DNA from: a virus
Taxonomy: Duplodnaviria > Caudoviricetes
Virus record (IMG/VR): IMGVR_UViG_3300038679_000051
Location: 64,001-128,000 of that record
Direction: 5' to 3' (one strand)
DNA: 64,000 nucleotides
Under the pieces are notes generated by a model, which made no database searches, was not told where the DNA came from, and was given only the letters and a program-made list of their open reading frames with translations. The position numbers were made by a program, and so were the translations under genes. Position 1 is the first letter of the stretch. Every line of letters begins with the position of its first letter. Shown here one piece after another: positions 10,389-20,397 of the stretch.

Positions 10389-11060
10389 TTAATCTGGTTT
10401 TAAAGAAGGACTGTATTTCTTGACAAATCCCATCGTTTCAAGGACTTTTGCCTTTTTATCTACATCAGCGTCAATGAAGCGTCGTTCGTGCAGTTCTTTG
10501 GTGGTAAAGAGCGTCACATTAATCGCGAACAACTCATTGAATCTTTCCGGGCCACCAACTGCTTCGATGATTTTCCGCAACGTTTCGTCATCCTGTCCTT
10601 CTTTCTTCAGAGCGATTGAATACTTGGTAGAGAAGAATCTATCTACCTCATCACCAAATGCTTTCTTGGCTTCATCCAAGACTTCATTGACTTTGGCTGC
10701 GGTTTCTTCGCCAGCACCCTTGACCACCGTTTGGTGCAATTCGTTGTATTGTACGTAGCAGAGAAGCTTGTCGTTCAGTTTGACGGAGCCTTTGTAGCCG
10801 CTACCGTCACGACAGGCTTTCTTGTGCTCACCTTCGATGCTCTTAGCGATGATGCCTTTGAATTGTTCCTTCCGTCCCTCGGCATCTTTGAAGTCCTCGG
10901 CCGCTTTAATGAAGCCATCAACGGCCATGTCCAGATCGGGAAGATTGATGCGTGGTTTTTCTTCTTTTGCCTTACTGGAAGACGGTGCAGCTTTCTTGAT
11001 CAAACCACCTAATACGCCACCGAGCGGTGCACTTTTGTCTGACTTTTTGTCTTTAGCCAT
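10389..11060 (-). CDS. hypothetical protein
   Basis: 223-aa ORF with a strong RBS. Confidence 0.6.
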   Translation of the reverse strand: MAKDKKSDKSAPLGGVLGGLIKKAAPSSSKAKEEKPRINLPDLDMAVDGFIKAAEDFKDAEGRKEQFKGIIAKSIEGEHKKACRDGSGYKGSVKLNDKLLCYVQYNELHQTVVKGAGEETAAKVNEVLDEAKKAFGDEVDRFFSTKYSIALKKEGQDDETLRKIIEAVGGPERFNELFAINVTLFTTKELHERRFIDADVDKKAKVLETMGFVKKYSPSLKPD

Positions 11061-11139
11061 GTTCGTTTTCTCCTCTGATTCTCAGCCATTATGTAATCAT
11101 TTCATGCCACATGGCATGAAATTTTACATCAGGTAGAAA

Positions 11140-11790
11140 TTACGTTTGTACGCCCATTTTGTTGCCATCGGATCCGCCGCGCCATTTACATTTGGTCCAA
11201 GCATAGTTGACCGTTCGTTCTTTGATCGAACCGACCAACGTTGAATCTAATGCTTTGATGACCAATCCTTCCGTCCATGGGAGCGATTTCGACAATTCGA
11301 ACGCTTCAACAAAACTTTTACGCGTTCGATGCGTCACCGTCAATATTGGGCCAGGCAACGTCGAAAAATTCTTCAGCGTGTCGTCATTCCAGACGTTTGG
11401 CACGCAATCAAGGAAATTCATTCTTTCTGCGTATGTCATCCCACCCAACCATTCACCGGCATGGAACATTGCATCCCACAGAATGATCGTTTCCGGTCCA
11501 ACCGTACGACGTTCGAGCCATTCTCCATCTAGAATCGTGCCGCGTGGAAAGCTTAATTTTTCTTTTAAGAGTGTCGCCATCTCCTTTGAGATTGGGTGCT
11601 TTTTCCACTTTCTGGACCATGGCACGATGCCATGATCAGTAAATTCCAAATGAACCCTGTAACCATCTGCCTTGAATTCTGCAGAATATTTTCCTTCTTC
11701 AAATTCATTCAGACAATTCGGGAGCCGCCTTACGCAGTCGTCACAGTATCTTCTAAACATTATTCCTCCTTCGTGATTCGGAAACGTCAC
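11140..11790 (-). CDS. ATP-dependent ligase-family adenylation domain, no OB domain
   Basis: Motifs I EFKADG, III LDGEW, IIIa LWDAM, IV EGLVIK, V WTKCK; the ORF ends just after motif V. Confidence 0.75.
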   Translation of the reverse strand: MTFPNHEGGIMFRRYCDDCVRRLPNCLNEFEEGKYSAEFKADGYRVHLEFTDHGIVPWSRKWKKHPISKEMATLLKEKLSFPRGTILDGEWLERRTVGPETIILWDAMFHAGEWLGGMTYAERMNFLDCVPNVWNDDTLKNFSTLPGPILTVTHRTRKSFVEAFELSKSLPWTEGLVIKALDSTLVGSIKERTVNYAWTKCKWRGGSDGNKMGVQT

Positions 11791-12186
11791 TCAATGATTT
11801 ACCAATGATTTACCATCGAGTTCCCAACCGACGTTGTTCTTAGACAAAATGGATTCTCTTCCATTAAGAAGCAATTGTACTTTATGGACCGCATGTTGAT
11901 CAGCCAATGATATGATCGGCCATATTGCCGAATGCTTGAACATAATGGGTCTGGTTGTCTCGGCGCATGCCGTTTTGTCGGGCATGATGCGCATTCTTAC
12001 CCAACCAGTCTTTAACATGTCGCTCATGTTTAGGCCGTGAGCGATTGCCCACTCATTGTGAATGACATCCTTGAAGGTGAATGCCTTGTCATCGGGGTTG
12101 ATCCAAATCCCAATTCCTGCCTCTTTGAACAATTTGTTCTTCGCCATTTCATCGATGCGCATGTCCAGCCATTCCTTGAAATCCAT
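11791..12186 (-). CDS. hypothetical protein related to 39315..39758
   Basis: Shared pattern GxWI...H..WA...GWxRxR. Confidence 0.5.
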   Translation of the reverse strand: MDFKEWLDMRIDEMAKNKLFKEAGIGIWINPDDKAFTFKDVIHNEWAIAHGLNMSDMLKTGWVRMRIMPDKTACAETTRPIMFKHSAIWPIISLADQHAVHKVQLLLNGRESILSKNNVGWELDGKSLVNH

Positions 12187-12189
12187 GTT

Positions 12190-12441
12190 TCATTCCTTTA
12201 TCGTTTGTCCATGTTTTAACAACCATATCTGAAATTGGCACACGTTAACGTTCCACCCCTTGTCGCCCGTTGCCTTGGCGTATGCCTTACGGCACGCAGA
12301 AACCCAGAGAATGTAACCGGTCATTTTACCTCCCGGCCATTTCAGGTCATCATCTTGTAAGCACGCTTCCGGATCATCTGGGAATCCACGAGCTTTGCAG
12401 TAAGTGAGATAAGCATGCGTGAATTCCTGTTTCACCATCAC
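12190..12441 (-). CDS. hypothetical protein
   Basis: Co-oriented small ORF. Confidence 0.45.
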   Translation of the reverse strand: MMVKQEFTHAYLTYCKARGFPDDPEACLQDDDLKWPGGKMTGYILWVSACRKAYAKATGDKGWNVNVCQFQIWLLKHGQTIKE

Positions 12442-12934
12442 TGGTAAATCCTAGGCACGTTGTTAGCCATGTCAAGTTTGAAACATTTCATTCGTTCGGT
12501 CAGGGGAACGGAATCATGTTGCTTCTTTCGAAATTCAACGATGTGTTTGTTGCGCTCTTTCTTGGTAAGGAATGGTCCGATCAATTTGCCAGCAGATAAG
12601 ACGTAGAAAGAGCCAGCCTTAACGTTTGTCTTAACGTTTGCGTGTACTATTAGACGCCAACCCAACATGTTGAGCGCCTCCAATGCAGCATCCTGCACGT
12701 CAATTGCTTTGACTACGAATGAATCATTTGCATCATTGTCGTTTTGGATCGTGAATTTTCTCATCTTTTTCCTCCCCATTTTTGCTTTCGGTTTGTGACA
12801 CCGCTTTGAAGACGTGCTCATGGACTGCGGCATCGGATTCAAATTTACCGCAAGCGTCGCAACGCTCAATGCGGACGCCATGGACGTCGTTTTCAACGAG
12901 CAAGTAACCACGACTCTCACACGCTTTGCATCTT

Positions 12935-13336
12935 TTATGCGCCATTTTCGCTCTCCTCCTTCTGCCGGTCCGTATCGGCAACGAGGTCGCCGCTCCGTGC
13001 GGGGAAAGCGACGTTGACGATGGCCTTCAATTGCTCGACGGTCAGCGTCTTGACGTCAATCTTCTCGAATTTACGAGTCAGACATTGTTTGAGATACCGA
13101 CATTTAAGATCTTCAGTTTCGACGCGATAAATCACGCGATCGTAGCTTTGACCGCCAACTATCCTCACTTGATCATATGTGTAGATTTCACGATAGAATT
13201 TGATGGGCGGCTGCGGCTTCATCCTTTCAACGACGGCTTGCTTTTCCGTCGTACGCGAAATCACGAACTTCGTCAGCCCCTGATAAAAATTGTCGGCGTA
13301 AACGACCATGCCGGCTTCAAGCTTTGCCATTTTCAT
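12935..13336 (-). CDS. hypothetical protein
   Basis: Co-oriented ORF. Confidence 0.5.
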   Translation of the reverse strand: MKMAKLEAGMVVYADNFYQGLTKFVISRTTEKQAVVERMKPQPPIKFYREIYTYDQVRIVGGQSYDRVIYRVETEDLKCRYLKQCLTRKFEKIDVKTLTVEQLKAIVNVAFPARSGDLVADTDRQKEESENGA

Positions 13337-13339
13337 CTC

Positions 13340-13543
13340 CTAATCTCTTTCCGAGTAAATTCCGTCCGTGGTCGGTTGTGATGCTTTATTGCCTAACAAT
13401 TTGCGGACAAATTTCAACGTTTTTCGTTCTTTAGGCGAACATTTCAATTTCATTTCATCCGAGATCGAGGATTGTGCAACGTCGAGCAGATTCAGAAAAT
13501 CGTCGTAGATTTCAGCCGGGATTGTAATCGTTTTGGTCTTCAT
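13340..13543 (-). CDS. hypothetical protein
   Basis: RBS AGGAG; small ORF. Confidence 0.45.
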   Translation of the reverse strand: MKTKTITIPAEIYDDFLNLLDVAQSSISDEMKLKCSPKERKTLKFVRKLLGNKASQPTTDGIYSERD

Positions 13544-13555
13544 TCTTTCCTACTC

Positions 13556-13807
13556 CTAACAGCTAAAGAGAATGTGTCGGTGCGTCTTAGGATTGTCTTC
13601 GCAACGACAGGGATTCGGTTGACCACTGTGAAACTTTTTATCTTTGGAGACTTTCCATCCACTGTTCACCGGTTGTTCCGAGTTAAGCCTTCTCGTCGCT
13701 TCCCTATTCGTCAAACTCGTACAGACGGAAGCATAACAGATTCCTAAACTGTAGATGGTAAAATCCTCGGCCTTCGTTGTCTTGGTCATCATCGTTTTTG
13801 TCTTCAT
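13556..13807 (-). CDS. hypothetical protein
   Basis: Starts directly after the ligA 3' duplicate; C-terminal PCRCEDNP...HILFSC. Confidence 0.5.
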   Translation of the reverse strand: MKTKTMMTKTTKAEDFTIYSLGICYASVCTSLTNREATRRLNSEQPVNSGWKVSKDKKFHSGQPNPCRCEDNPKTHRHILFSC

Positions 13808-13893
13808 TTGATCATCTCCAAAAATTGTTCCTCGCTAATCACTTTCGTGCCATACTTCTCAGCTTTTTTGGTCTTGCTACTTTGGCTTGACGG
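13807..13893 (-). repeat. diverged duplicate of the ligA 3' end
   Basis: Encodes SSQSSKTKKAEKYGTKVISEEQFLEMIK versus LigA SSQSSKTRKAAKYGTKVISEEQFLEMIK (14670-14756); most differences are at third codon positions. Confidence 0.85.
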
Positions 13894-14104
13894 TCAATCT
13901 TTTCCTAAGCGCCTCGGCGAGTATTTCCACGTTTTCCAGGCTGTAATCATCTTTTAATGCAACCCTAAACGGATCTGAGTCGTGCTTACAGTATCGTTCA
14001 AATTCCTCTAGTTCTTCCGCATGGCGGGACAACAACCGCTTGCGGTTCTCATTATTTATCGCATCCCACTGAATATACCTGTCAACCGCTTCTCTTATGT
14101 TCAT
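13877..14104 (-). CDS. hypothetical protein between ligA and its 3' duplicate
   Basis: RBS GGAGG; stop codon falls within the duplicate. Confidence 0.5.
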   Translation of the reverse strand: MNIREAVDRYIQWDAINNENRKRLLSRHAEELEEFERYCKHDSDPFRVALKDDYSLENVEILAEALRKRLTVKPK

Positions 14105-14153
14105 CCCGCCTCCCCTAAGTTGGCGAATTCCTCTTTGCAGTAAACTACCGCTA

Positions 14154-14576
14154 TCATTTTATTTCTCTTACTACAAAGGCAAAGACATCGTCGGCATCGT
14201 CATCACGATAAATGAAATCGTATTCTTCATCCTCATCTTTTTCCAACTTCGTTTTTAACCAATGAAGTTTACGACGGGCCAAGAATTGTTTTTTGCTACC
14301 TTTGTTCTGATCTTCCGGAATTCCGCTTTTGCGAGCGCGTCGCTTCCAGTCCTTGAGTTCCGCAGCACGAAGTGGATCTTTCAAGCTGACGACAACGCGC
14401 AAGTCTTCCTCTAGCTCTTGCCAATCGTCGCTTTCACGTTCGAGCATGCGTTCACATAAACTCTGTCGAGCGGCATCATATGCGTTTTTAGCACGATAAA
14501 AATTTAACTGTGTTGGATCTAATCCTAGATGGTCAATAACATGTTGCGTCGTTGCTACGGCAAATCGTTTCATCAT
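14154..14576 (-). CDS. hypothetical protein between ligA and its 3' duplicate
   Basis: RBS AGGAG; 140 aa. Confidence 0.55.
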   Translation of the reverse strand: MMKRFAVATTQHVIDHLGLDPTQLNFYRAKNAYDAARQSLCERMLERESDDWQELEEDLRVVVSLKDPLRAAELKDWKRRARKSGIPEDQNKGSKKQFLARRKLHWLKTKLEKDEDEEYDFIYRDDDADDVFAFVVREIK

Positions 14577-14642
14577 TCTATTCTCCTTTGCTGGATGTTT
14601 CTACTTTCAACGGTCCCCGTGACCATAACGATCATCCCGACA

Positions 14643-16565
14643 TCAAGTGTACTCTGCAGCGCTGGACAATTTGATCATCTCCAGAAATTGCTCCTCACTA
14701 ATCACTTTTGTGCCGTATTTTGCGGCCTTGCGGGTTTTAGATGATTGGCTTGACGGGTCCGCTTGCACCAAGTGGGTCACCGTTGGACCGACTTCATCCT
14801 TCACCGCCCCACCGTTTTCAAGGACCAATTGCTGCGCCGCTGCCCGTTTCATACCCGACGGCAACGCTCCCGTAAACACCATGACGAGATTCGCCAGTTT
14901 CCCGCCGCTCGTCGCCGCCGGCGTCTCCTCCGCCGCGTCGTCCGCGTCACCGACGACCACGCCGTTTGCCAGCAGTTTGTCGACGAGTCCGCTACACGCC
15001 GCCAGTCCGGCCACGACGACAGGACCAATGCCGCTGCCGAGCGCAAGCGATTCTTCCGTCGTCATCTCACGCCATTCCCTGAGCGTCTTCTTGCCGCATT
15101 TCTTGATGAACTCTTCCGCCGCCCGTTTACCTAGGAAGCGGATGCCCAATGAGCCAATGAATTCGGCCAAGGTCAAATTCTTTTTCTTCTCAATCTCAGC
15201 AAGAATTGCTTGTGCTCGTTTGATGCCGAGATTGCCGTTGCCGACGGTCAGATTCGGCAACCTTTCCATGTCGAGGACGTAGAGATCGGCTGGGTCTTTA
15301 ACCAGACCGGATTCATACAACGCCGCTTCCACTTCCGGACCGATGAACTTGATGTCGTTCGACTTAATCCAGCGACGGACTTTACGGACGGCCTTACCGT
15401 CGCACTCGTCATTTTGACAAACCAATGCTGCACCATCGCGAGCCACCGCACCGCCACAGACTGGACAGACCGTTGGGATTGTAATTGGCGTACCACCCTT
15501 ACAGGATACTAACTTAGGGATCACATCCCCTGCTCTGATGACTTCGACCTCACCGCCGATCCCTAAATTGAGACGCTTAATCTCATCTTCATTGTTGACT
15601 AAGACGGAAGTGACGGTTACGCCGCCAATGTTGATCGGGTCAATTTTACCAACGGGGACGATGCTGCCGGTGTGACCTACCGACCATTCGATGGAACGTA
15701 GAATTGATTTTCCGCCCATCGGTGGGAATTTGTAAGCCATTTGACCCTTGGGGTTCTGGTCATGAAACCCAAGTGCCTTTTGCGTTGCAATGTCGTCAAA
15801 CCGCAGCACCAATCCATCCACTTCGAACGGCAGTGTGGCCCGTTCGTTACGTCGTTTGTCATAGACGGTTTGTATCAGACCCAATGTGTCTGCGCCAGTA
15901 ACCAATGCGCCCTCATCGACGTCGAATCCCAATCGAGCGAGATATTGTTGGTTATCCCGTTCGGTGTCGCAGCATGATTCACCGTCGCACAGCACGTCGT
16001 ATGCCTTTAGACGCAACCATTCACAACCATCACCGCGTTTGTTGCGCAATGCACCGTTACCGGCATTGCGGGGATTGGCACAATCGGCGAAATGCGTTTT
16101 AAATTCGTCTTGGTGGAGAATTGCCTCACCACGTACGTAACCGGTGAATTCTTCATTCAACCGTTGGGGAATGAATTTGGATTTCTTGACGTTTTCGGTC
16201 AGGTCCTCGCCGGTATTTCCATCCCCACGACTGATGGCCTGTACCAGTTGTCCCTTCTCGTATTTAAGAGACAATGAGCAGCCGTCGAACTTCCATTGGA
16301 CGAGAATTTTCGTACCAGGGGTTTTGTCCAACCAGCGCTTGATTTCTTTCTCATCCTTGACTTTGTTGAGACTGCCCATTGGGATGCTATGCTTGATCTT
16401 GGTAAAGAGGTCGGAGACTGGTGCCCCAACCGTTTTAAAGAACGGGTCGTTGGGATGTTCAGCCTTCGCCTCGTCATACAGACGGTCGTAATCGGCGTCT
16501 GACATGACTGCTTTGTCATTGTAGTAAGCTTCGGCAGCCTTCTTGAGCGCATCAATCTTGGTCAT
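14643..16565 (-). CDS. ligA: NAD-dependent DNA ligase
   Basis: AYYN...SDADYD domain Ia, KFDG motif I, SRGDG, RGE, DGLV, AYKF, OB fold, CPVC Zn finger, HhH repeats, C-terminal BRCT (VFTG...R). Confidence 0.95.
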   Translation of the reverse strand: MTKIDALKKAAEAYYNDKAVMSDADYDRLYDEAKAEHPNDPFFKTVGAPVSDLFTKIKHSIPMGSLNKVKDEKEIKRWLDKTPGTKILVQWKFDGCSLSLKYEKGQLVQAISRGDGNTGEDLTENVKKSKFIPQRLNEEFTGYVRGEAILHQDEFKTHFADCANPRNAGNGALRNKRGDGCEWLRLKAYDVLCDGESCCDTERDNQQYLARLGFDVDEGALVTGADTLGLIQTVYDKRRNERATLPFEVDGLVLRFDDIATQKALGFHDQNPKGQMAYKFPPMGGKSILRSIEWSVGHTGSIVPVGKIDPINIGGVTVTSVLVNNEDEIKRLNLGIGGEVEVIRAGDVIPKLVSCKGGTPITIPTVCPVCGGAVARDGAALVCQNDECDGKAVRKVRRWIKSNDIKFIGPEVEAALYESGLVKDPADLYVLDMERLPNLTVGNGNLGIKRAQAILAEIEKKKNLTLAEFIGSLGIRFLGKRAAEEFIKKCGKKTLREWREMTTEESLALGSGIGPVVVAGLAACSGLVDKLLANGVVVGDADDAAEETPAATSGGKLANLVMVFTGALPSGMKRAAAQQLVLENGGAVKDEVGPTVTHLVQADPSSQSSKTRKAAKYGTKVISEEQFLEMIKLSSAAEYT

Positions 16566-16864
16566 TCTTCAGTCTCCTTAGATTCTTTCGTCTCATGCTC
16601 TTCACGCAGTTCGTCCAACAATCCCGTGATTTCATCATATGAAAATCCGGTCTTTCTAGCGAGTCGATACGTCAACTGATGATACTGATTGCCTGGCAAT
16701 GATTCCAGGGAATCAACCGGATCGTCACCAAGAACGTCAATCTTTTTCAATTCAGCGAGCATGACGTTCTTCTTATCAATCTTAGTCATTCTGTCTCCTT
16801 TTGGGGTTTGAACCAACGAGTATCTTGATCTTGAATTTTTTATTAACGTATTCAAGTGCCTCAT
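16562..16864 (-). CDS. hypothetical protein (probable start MTKIDKK near 16789)
   Basis: AAGGAG RBS precedes the internal ATG; ATGA coupling to ligA. Confidence 0.45.
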   Translation of the reverse strand: MRHLNTLIKNSRSRYSLVQTPKGDRMTKIDKKNVMLAELKKIDVLGDDPVDSLESLPGNQYHQLTYRLARKTGFSYDEITGLLDELREEHETKESKETEE

Positions 16865-17513
16865 TGTTCTGTTTTACTGCCGCCATGCACAATTCTGGCG
16901 TCTGCTCCTTAACGTATTCAAGTGCCTCACCATTTTGTTTTACCGCCGTCATACATACCTCTGGCGTTTGTTTTTTGACATATTTAAGTGCCCAGCCATT
17001 TTCTTTTACTGCTGCCATGCATATTTCTGGCGTCTGCTTTTTAACAAATTCAAGTGCCAAGCCATATTGTCTCACTGTCGCCATACAGATTTCTGGTGTC
17101 TGTTCCTTGACATGCTGAAGTGCATGACCATTTTGTTGTACTGCAGTCAGACATGTATCTGGTGTTTGTTTTTTGACATGCTGAAGTGCATGACCATTTT
17201 GTCTTACTGCTGCCATGCACAATTCTGGCGTCTGCTCCTTGACATATTCAAGCGCATAACCATTTTGTTTTACTGTTGCCATACAGATTGCGGGAAATTG
17301 TTTATCTATATTCTTGCATGTGGAATATAAATCTATTCCATCATCCAATAATTTCTTGACAATCGTTGTATCCTTCATCTGTTTATAATCATCAATCTTT
17401 CTCACTGCTTTGATTACGTCATTCAATTGTTCTTTGGTTACGGTCGTTATCCAGGCGTTCTTTCTCTTCTTCATTGTAGTGCATAACCATCTTCTCGTAC
17501 TGCTGCCATACAT
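16782..17513 (-). CDS. DUF4116-like repeat protein
   Basis: Leader WITTVTKEQLNDVI and about 7 repeats. Confidence 0.7.
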   Translation of the reverse strand: MYGSSTRRWLCTTMKKRKNAWITTVTKEQLNDVIKAVRKIDDYKQMKDTTIVKKLLDDGIDLYSTCKNIDKQFPAICMATVKQNGYALEYVKEQTPELCMAAVRQNGHALQHVKKQTPDTCLTAVQQNGHALQHVKEQTPEICMATVRQYGLALEFVKKQTPEICMAAVKENGWALKYVKKQTPEVCMTAVKQNGEALEYVKEQTPELCMAAVKQNNEALEYVNKKFKIKILVGSNPKRRQND

Positions 17514-18115
17514 ATTTCTGGCGTCTGTTCTTTGATATCTTGAAGCGCCCAGCCATCCTGTTGTACTGCCGCCAGATATGCCTTCTTTTTAGTCATGGTC
17601 ATTGTTTTCACGTCAAAAACAAGACCATCATCATCAAACTTCTTTTTAGTCATGGTCATTGTTTTCACGTCAAAAACAAGATCATCATCAACAGTTCCGT
17701 TACATTCTTCCTCTTCCTTTACTTCTATTAATTCAATTAAATGTCGGTATTTTTTCGGTGTCTTTTTAATTACATCATCTTTATCATCCTCATAAATAAA
17801 CATCGTCGAATTAGCTACATCCCTTGGCCAACCAGCAAGCGTCAATAATTTAATCTTTAATGGCCATGCATATTGCTCAAGATAATCAAAGTTATTTTCT
17901 TTGATATCCATGAGAAACCTCGTTGAGTCGATTTTCAATTCCTCTAATATTGCTTCCATAATTTCATCATTGATTCTCATCTTAATGCATACTCCCTCTT
18001 CTTCGTCTTCTGGATCGTACGCATACCCCTTGTCGTTCTTCACGACGATGTCTTTTTCATACCAGATGCCACCGTCATCTGTCTCGGTGTCAAAATCGAA
18101 AATGTAGGTCATCAT
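17471..18115 (-). CDS. acidic hypothetical protein fused to a DUF4116 fragment
   Basis: Internal 57-bp-period duplication (DDxLVFDVKTMTMTKKK twice), then YLAAVQQDGWALQ repeats. Confidence 0.55.
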   Translation of the reverse strand: MMTYIFDFDTETDDGGIWYEKDIVVKNDKGYAYDPEDEEEGVCIKMRINDEIMEAILEELKIDSTRFLMDIKENNFDYLEQYAWPLKIKLLTLAGWPRDVANSTMFIYEDDKDDVIKKTPKKYRHLIELIEVKEEEECNGTVDDDLVFDVKTMTMTKKKFDDDGLVFDVKTMTMTKKKAYLAAVQQDGWALQDIKEQTPEICMAAVREDGYALQ

Positions 18116-18336
18116 TTCTCCTTTAGATCTTCTGGGTTGACGTCAATGACAATTTGATCGGCTTTATGCGATTTGCCAGGCATTTCTTTTTTCATGTTTG
18201 TGACGGATGTTACGTATGGCAGACATATGTCCAAAGATGGCGCTTCCAATCGCCATTGCAGTAAAATTTCTTTGCCGGATGGAAGGACCAAATTCACGTC
18301 TCTCGCTTTATTTCCTAATTTGATTTTTATCATCAT
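18112..18336 (-). CDS. hypothetical protein
   Basis: ATGA-coupled ORF. Confidence 0.45.
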   Translation of the reverse strand: MMIKIKLGNKARDVNLVLPSGKEILLQWRLEAPSLDICLPYVTSVTNMKKEMPGKSHKADQIVIDVNPEDLKEK

Positions 18337-18581
18337 CGGTCTCCTTTGGCATTACTTACTGATCTGTAAAGATCGACGTAATCACCGAATTCTTCGTCAA
18401 AGATTTCAATTAAGTTATTGTAGTTGCCGGCCATCATCCGTCGCCGTATGTCTTCCCAATTATTCAAATTCAATTCTTCACATAATTGTTTGGCTATGCC
18501 GAGTAAACAAAAGGCATTGCCTTGTGGACCGCTTAAATCGATTTCAGTCTTTCTCGACGGCGGTTTTCCGCTGTGAATCAT
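18333..18581 (-). CDS. conserved-looking small phage protein
   Basis: IDLSGPQGNAFCLLG...MMAGNYNNLIEIFDEEFG pattern. Confidence 0.55.
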   Translation of the reverse strand: MIHSGKPPSRKTEIDLSGPQGNAFCLLGIAKQLCEELNLNNWEDIRRRMMAGNYNNLIEIFDEEFGDYVDLYRSVSNAKGDR

Positions 18582-18865
18582 CTCGTCCTCCCTCTTGCTG
18601 CTGCATCTAAAAAATCACGAATGTCATTTATTGACGACGATTCTAGCAAATTTACTAACATTTCTACGTCAAAGCTCGTCGTATTAGGCACGTATCTGAG
18701 ATAAACAGAGACGTTGAAATTCTGGTAGAATTTGATGCCAATGGATTTACGCTCATCGAGATAATGGACGAACCATAACATTGATGGATGTTGATAATGA
18801 TCAATGACGTTGAATTTGAGATGTGATAATTCATCTACCAATGACTGAAATGGTTCTATGTCCAT
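18578..18865 (-). CDS. hypothetical protein
   Basis: ATGA-coupled ORF with RBS. Confidence 0.45.
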   Translation of the reverse strand: MDIEPFQSLVDELSHLKFNVIDHYQHPSMLWFVHYLDERKSIGIKFYQNFNVSVYLRYVPNTTSFDVEMLVNLLESSSINDIRDFLDAAARGRTR

Positions 18866-18879
18866 CCGTCTCTCCTTTC

Positions 18880-19362
18880 TTAATATTGAAGAAGTTTGTT
18901 CTCTTTAGCATTCCACAACAATGCTTGTATGATTATTTCTTTTACGTCTGGGTTGTAAATCGTTCCTGGATTGAGTGAATGTAACATCAGATGTTGTGTC
19001 CGATGCTTCCCTTTAAGATTCGTTATTCCGGGTTCGTAGAAATTTCTAGCGCCAAAAACGACCCACCATCTATTGCTGACAAATGCCATGCTTGGACGTC
19101 CCCCGACTCCTGTGACATATATGTCACATTTAGTCGGGTCGAGATCAAGCATCAACTGTAGATTATAATTATACGCATCTAAAATGACATCATATTTGAC
19201 GGCTATGATTTCACATTCCTTGTTGCATCCAGCCGTCATTCTTGGCGTTTTCACTAATTCGATTGGCATCGTTGCAATTAAACGGACATGCTTTGGTTTA
19301 ATGTCATATTCAACTACTCTATTGATTTTGTTATGTTCAAAGTTTTTTGGACCGCTTACCAC
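18880..19362 (-). CDS. hypothetical protein
   Basis: Co-oriented ORF with RBS. Confidence 0.5.
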   Translation of the reverse strand: MVSGPKNFEHNKINRVVEYDIKPKHVRLIATMPIELVKTPRMTAGCNKECEIIAVKYDVILDAYNYNLQLMLDLDPTKCDIYVTGVGGRPSMAFVSNRWWVVFGARNFYEPGITNLKGKHRTQHLMLHSLNPGTIYNPDVKEIIIQALLWNAKENKLLQY

Positions 19363-19389
19363 TTTTCTTTCTCCTTGACTTGGCGTTCG

Positions 19390-19608
19390 TCATCCAGTGC
19401 ACGTTTTATCTCCTAACACATAGACGTCGGCTTTATGTGCCGACGTTAAAATCAGCATACGTTCTTTGCCATCAGCGTCAATTATGATCTGTGAACGACA
19501 CAAATCGCCGTAGTCGTTCCACTCCTTACCGTGCCGGATTCGAAACGGTGCCGGACAACTTTCAAGTAAGGCTTTTGCTTTTTTGAAGCTTTTGATTTTC
19601 CTTCTCAT
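19390..19608 (-). CDS. hypothetical protein
   Basis: RBS AGGAGG. Confidence 0.45.
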   Translation of the reverse strand: MRRKIKSFKKAKALLESCPAPFRIRHGKEWNDYGDLCRSQIIIDADGKERMLILTSAHKADVYVLGDKTCTG

Positions 19609-19828
19609 CGCATCCTCCTAAATCTCCATACATGTGTGGAAACAGACCAGCCCATTCCGTAAAACCGTAGGCTAATCCTGCTGGGTGTTTTTTGTCTACG
19701 TCACGAAAACTGATGAAATAATTCAATCCGCTCTTCATCAGCATCTTGATGGCACGCCTGCGGTTGCAGGTATTGCGATATAATCGTATCCCACCCTTTG
19801 TGACCTTACCCGTAGCTATGCTTAGCAT
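19562..19828 (-). CDS. hypothetical protein
   Basis: RBS GGAGG. Confidence 0.4.
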   Translation of the reverse strand: MLSIATGKVTKGGIRLYRNTCNRRRAIKMLMKSGLNYFISFRDVDKKHPAGLAYGFTEWAGLFPHMYGDLGGCDEKENQKLQKSKSLT

Positions 19829-19853
19829 TCGTCATCCTCCCTTGGATTGTAGT

Positions 19854-20387
19854 TTATGTGATTTTTGTGATCTCGATTTCGACCCTGAATTTAGTCTTAT
19901 CGATGAGATCAAACACTGTATCATTTCCTTGTGCTGCCGCCATGCACGTTTCTAGTGTCTGTTCTTTGACATATTTAAGTGCCGAACCGTCCTGTTGTAC
20001 TGCTGCCAGACAGATTTCTGGTGTCTGTTTCTTAACATGCTGAAGCGCATAACCGTTTTCTTGCGCTGCTGCCATACATATTTCTGGTGTCTGCTCCTTC
20101 ACATATTTTAGTGCCAAACCATTTTGTTGTACTGCAACTAAACACAATTCTGGTGTCTGTTTTTCGATGCATTCAAGTGCATAACTACGTTGTTTTACTA
20201 CTGCTATGCAGATTTCTGGAAATTGCTTGTCCAAATGTTTGAACACATTCAATAGATTTACTTCATCATTCATCAGTTTCTTGACAATCGTTACATCCTT
20301 CATTCGTTCATAATTATTGTTTATCTTCTTTACTGCTTGGATTACATCAGCCAACTGTTCCTTGCTTGCGTTCATCATCCAGTGCAT
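19854..20387 (-). CDS. DUF4116-like repeat protein with MHW leader
   Basis: MHWMMNASKEQLADVI leader and about 4 repeats. Confidence 0.75.
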   Translation of the reverse strand: MHWMMNASKEQLADVIQAVKKINNNYERMKDVTIVKKLMNDEVNLLNVFKHLDKQFPEICIAVVKQRSYALECIEKQTPELCLVAVQQNGLALKYVKEQTPEICMAAAQENGYALQHVKKQTPEICLAAVQQDGSALKYVKEQTLETCMAAAQGNDTVFDLIDKTKFRVEIEITKIT

Positions 20388-20397
20388 GATTTTCTCC

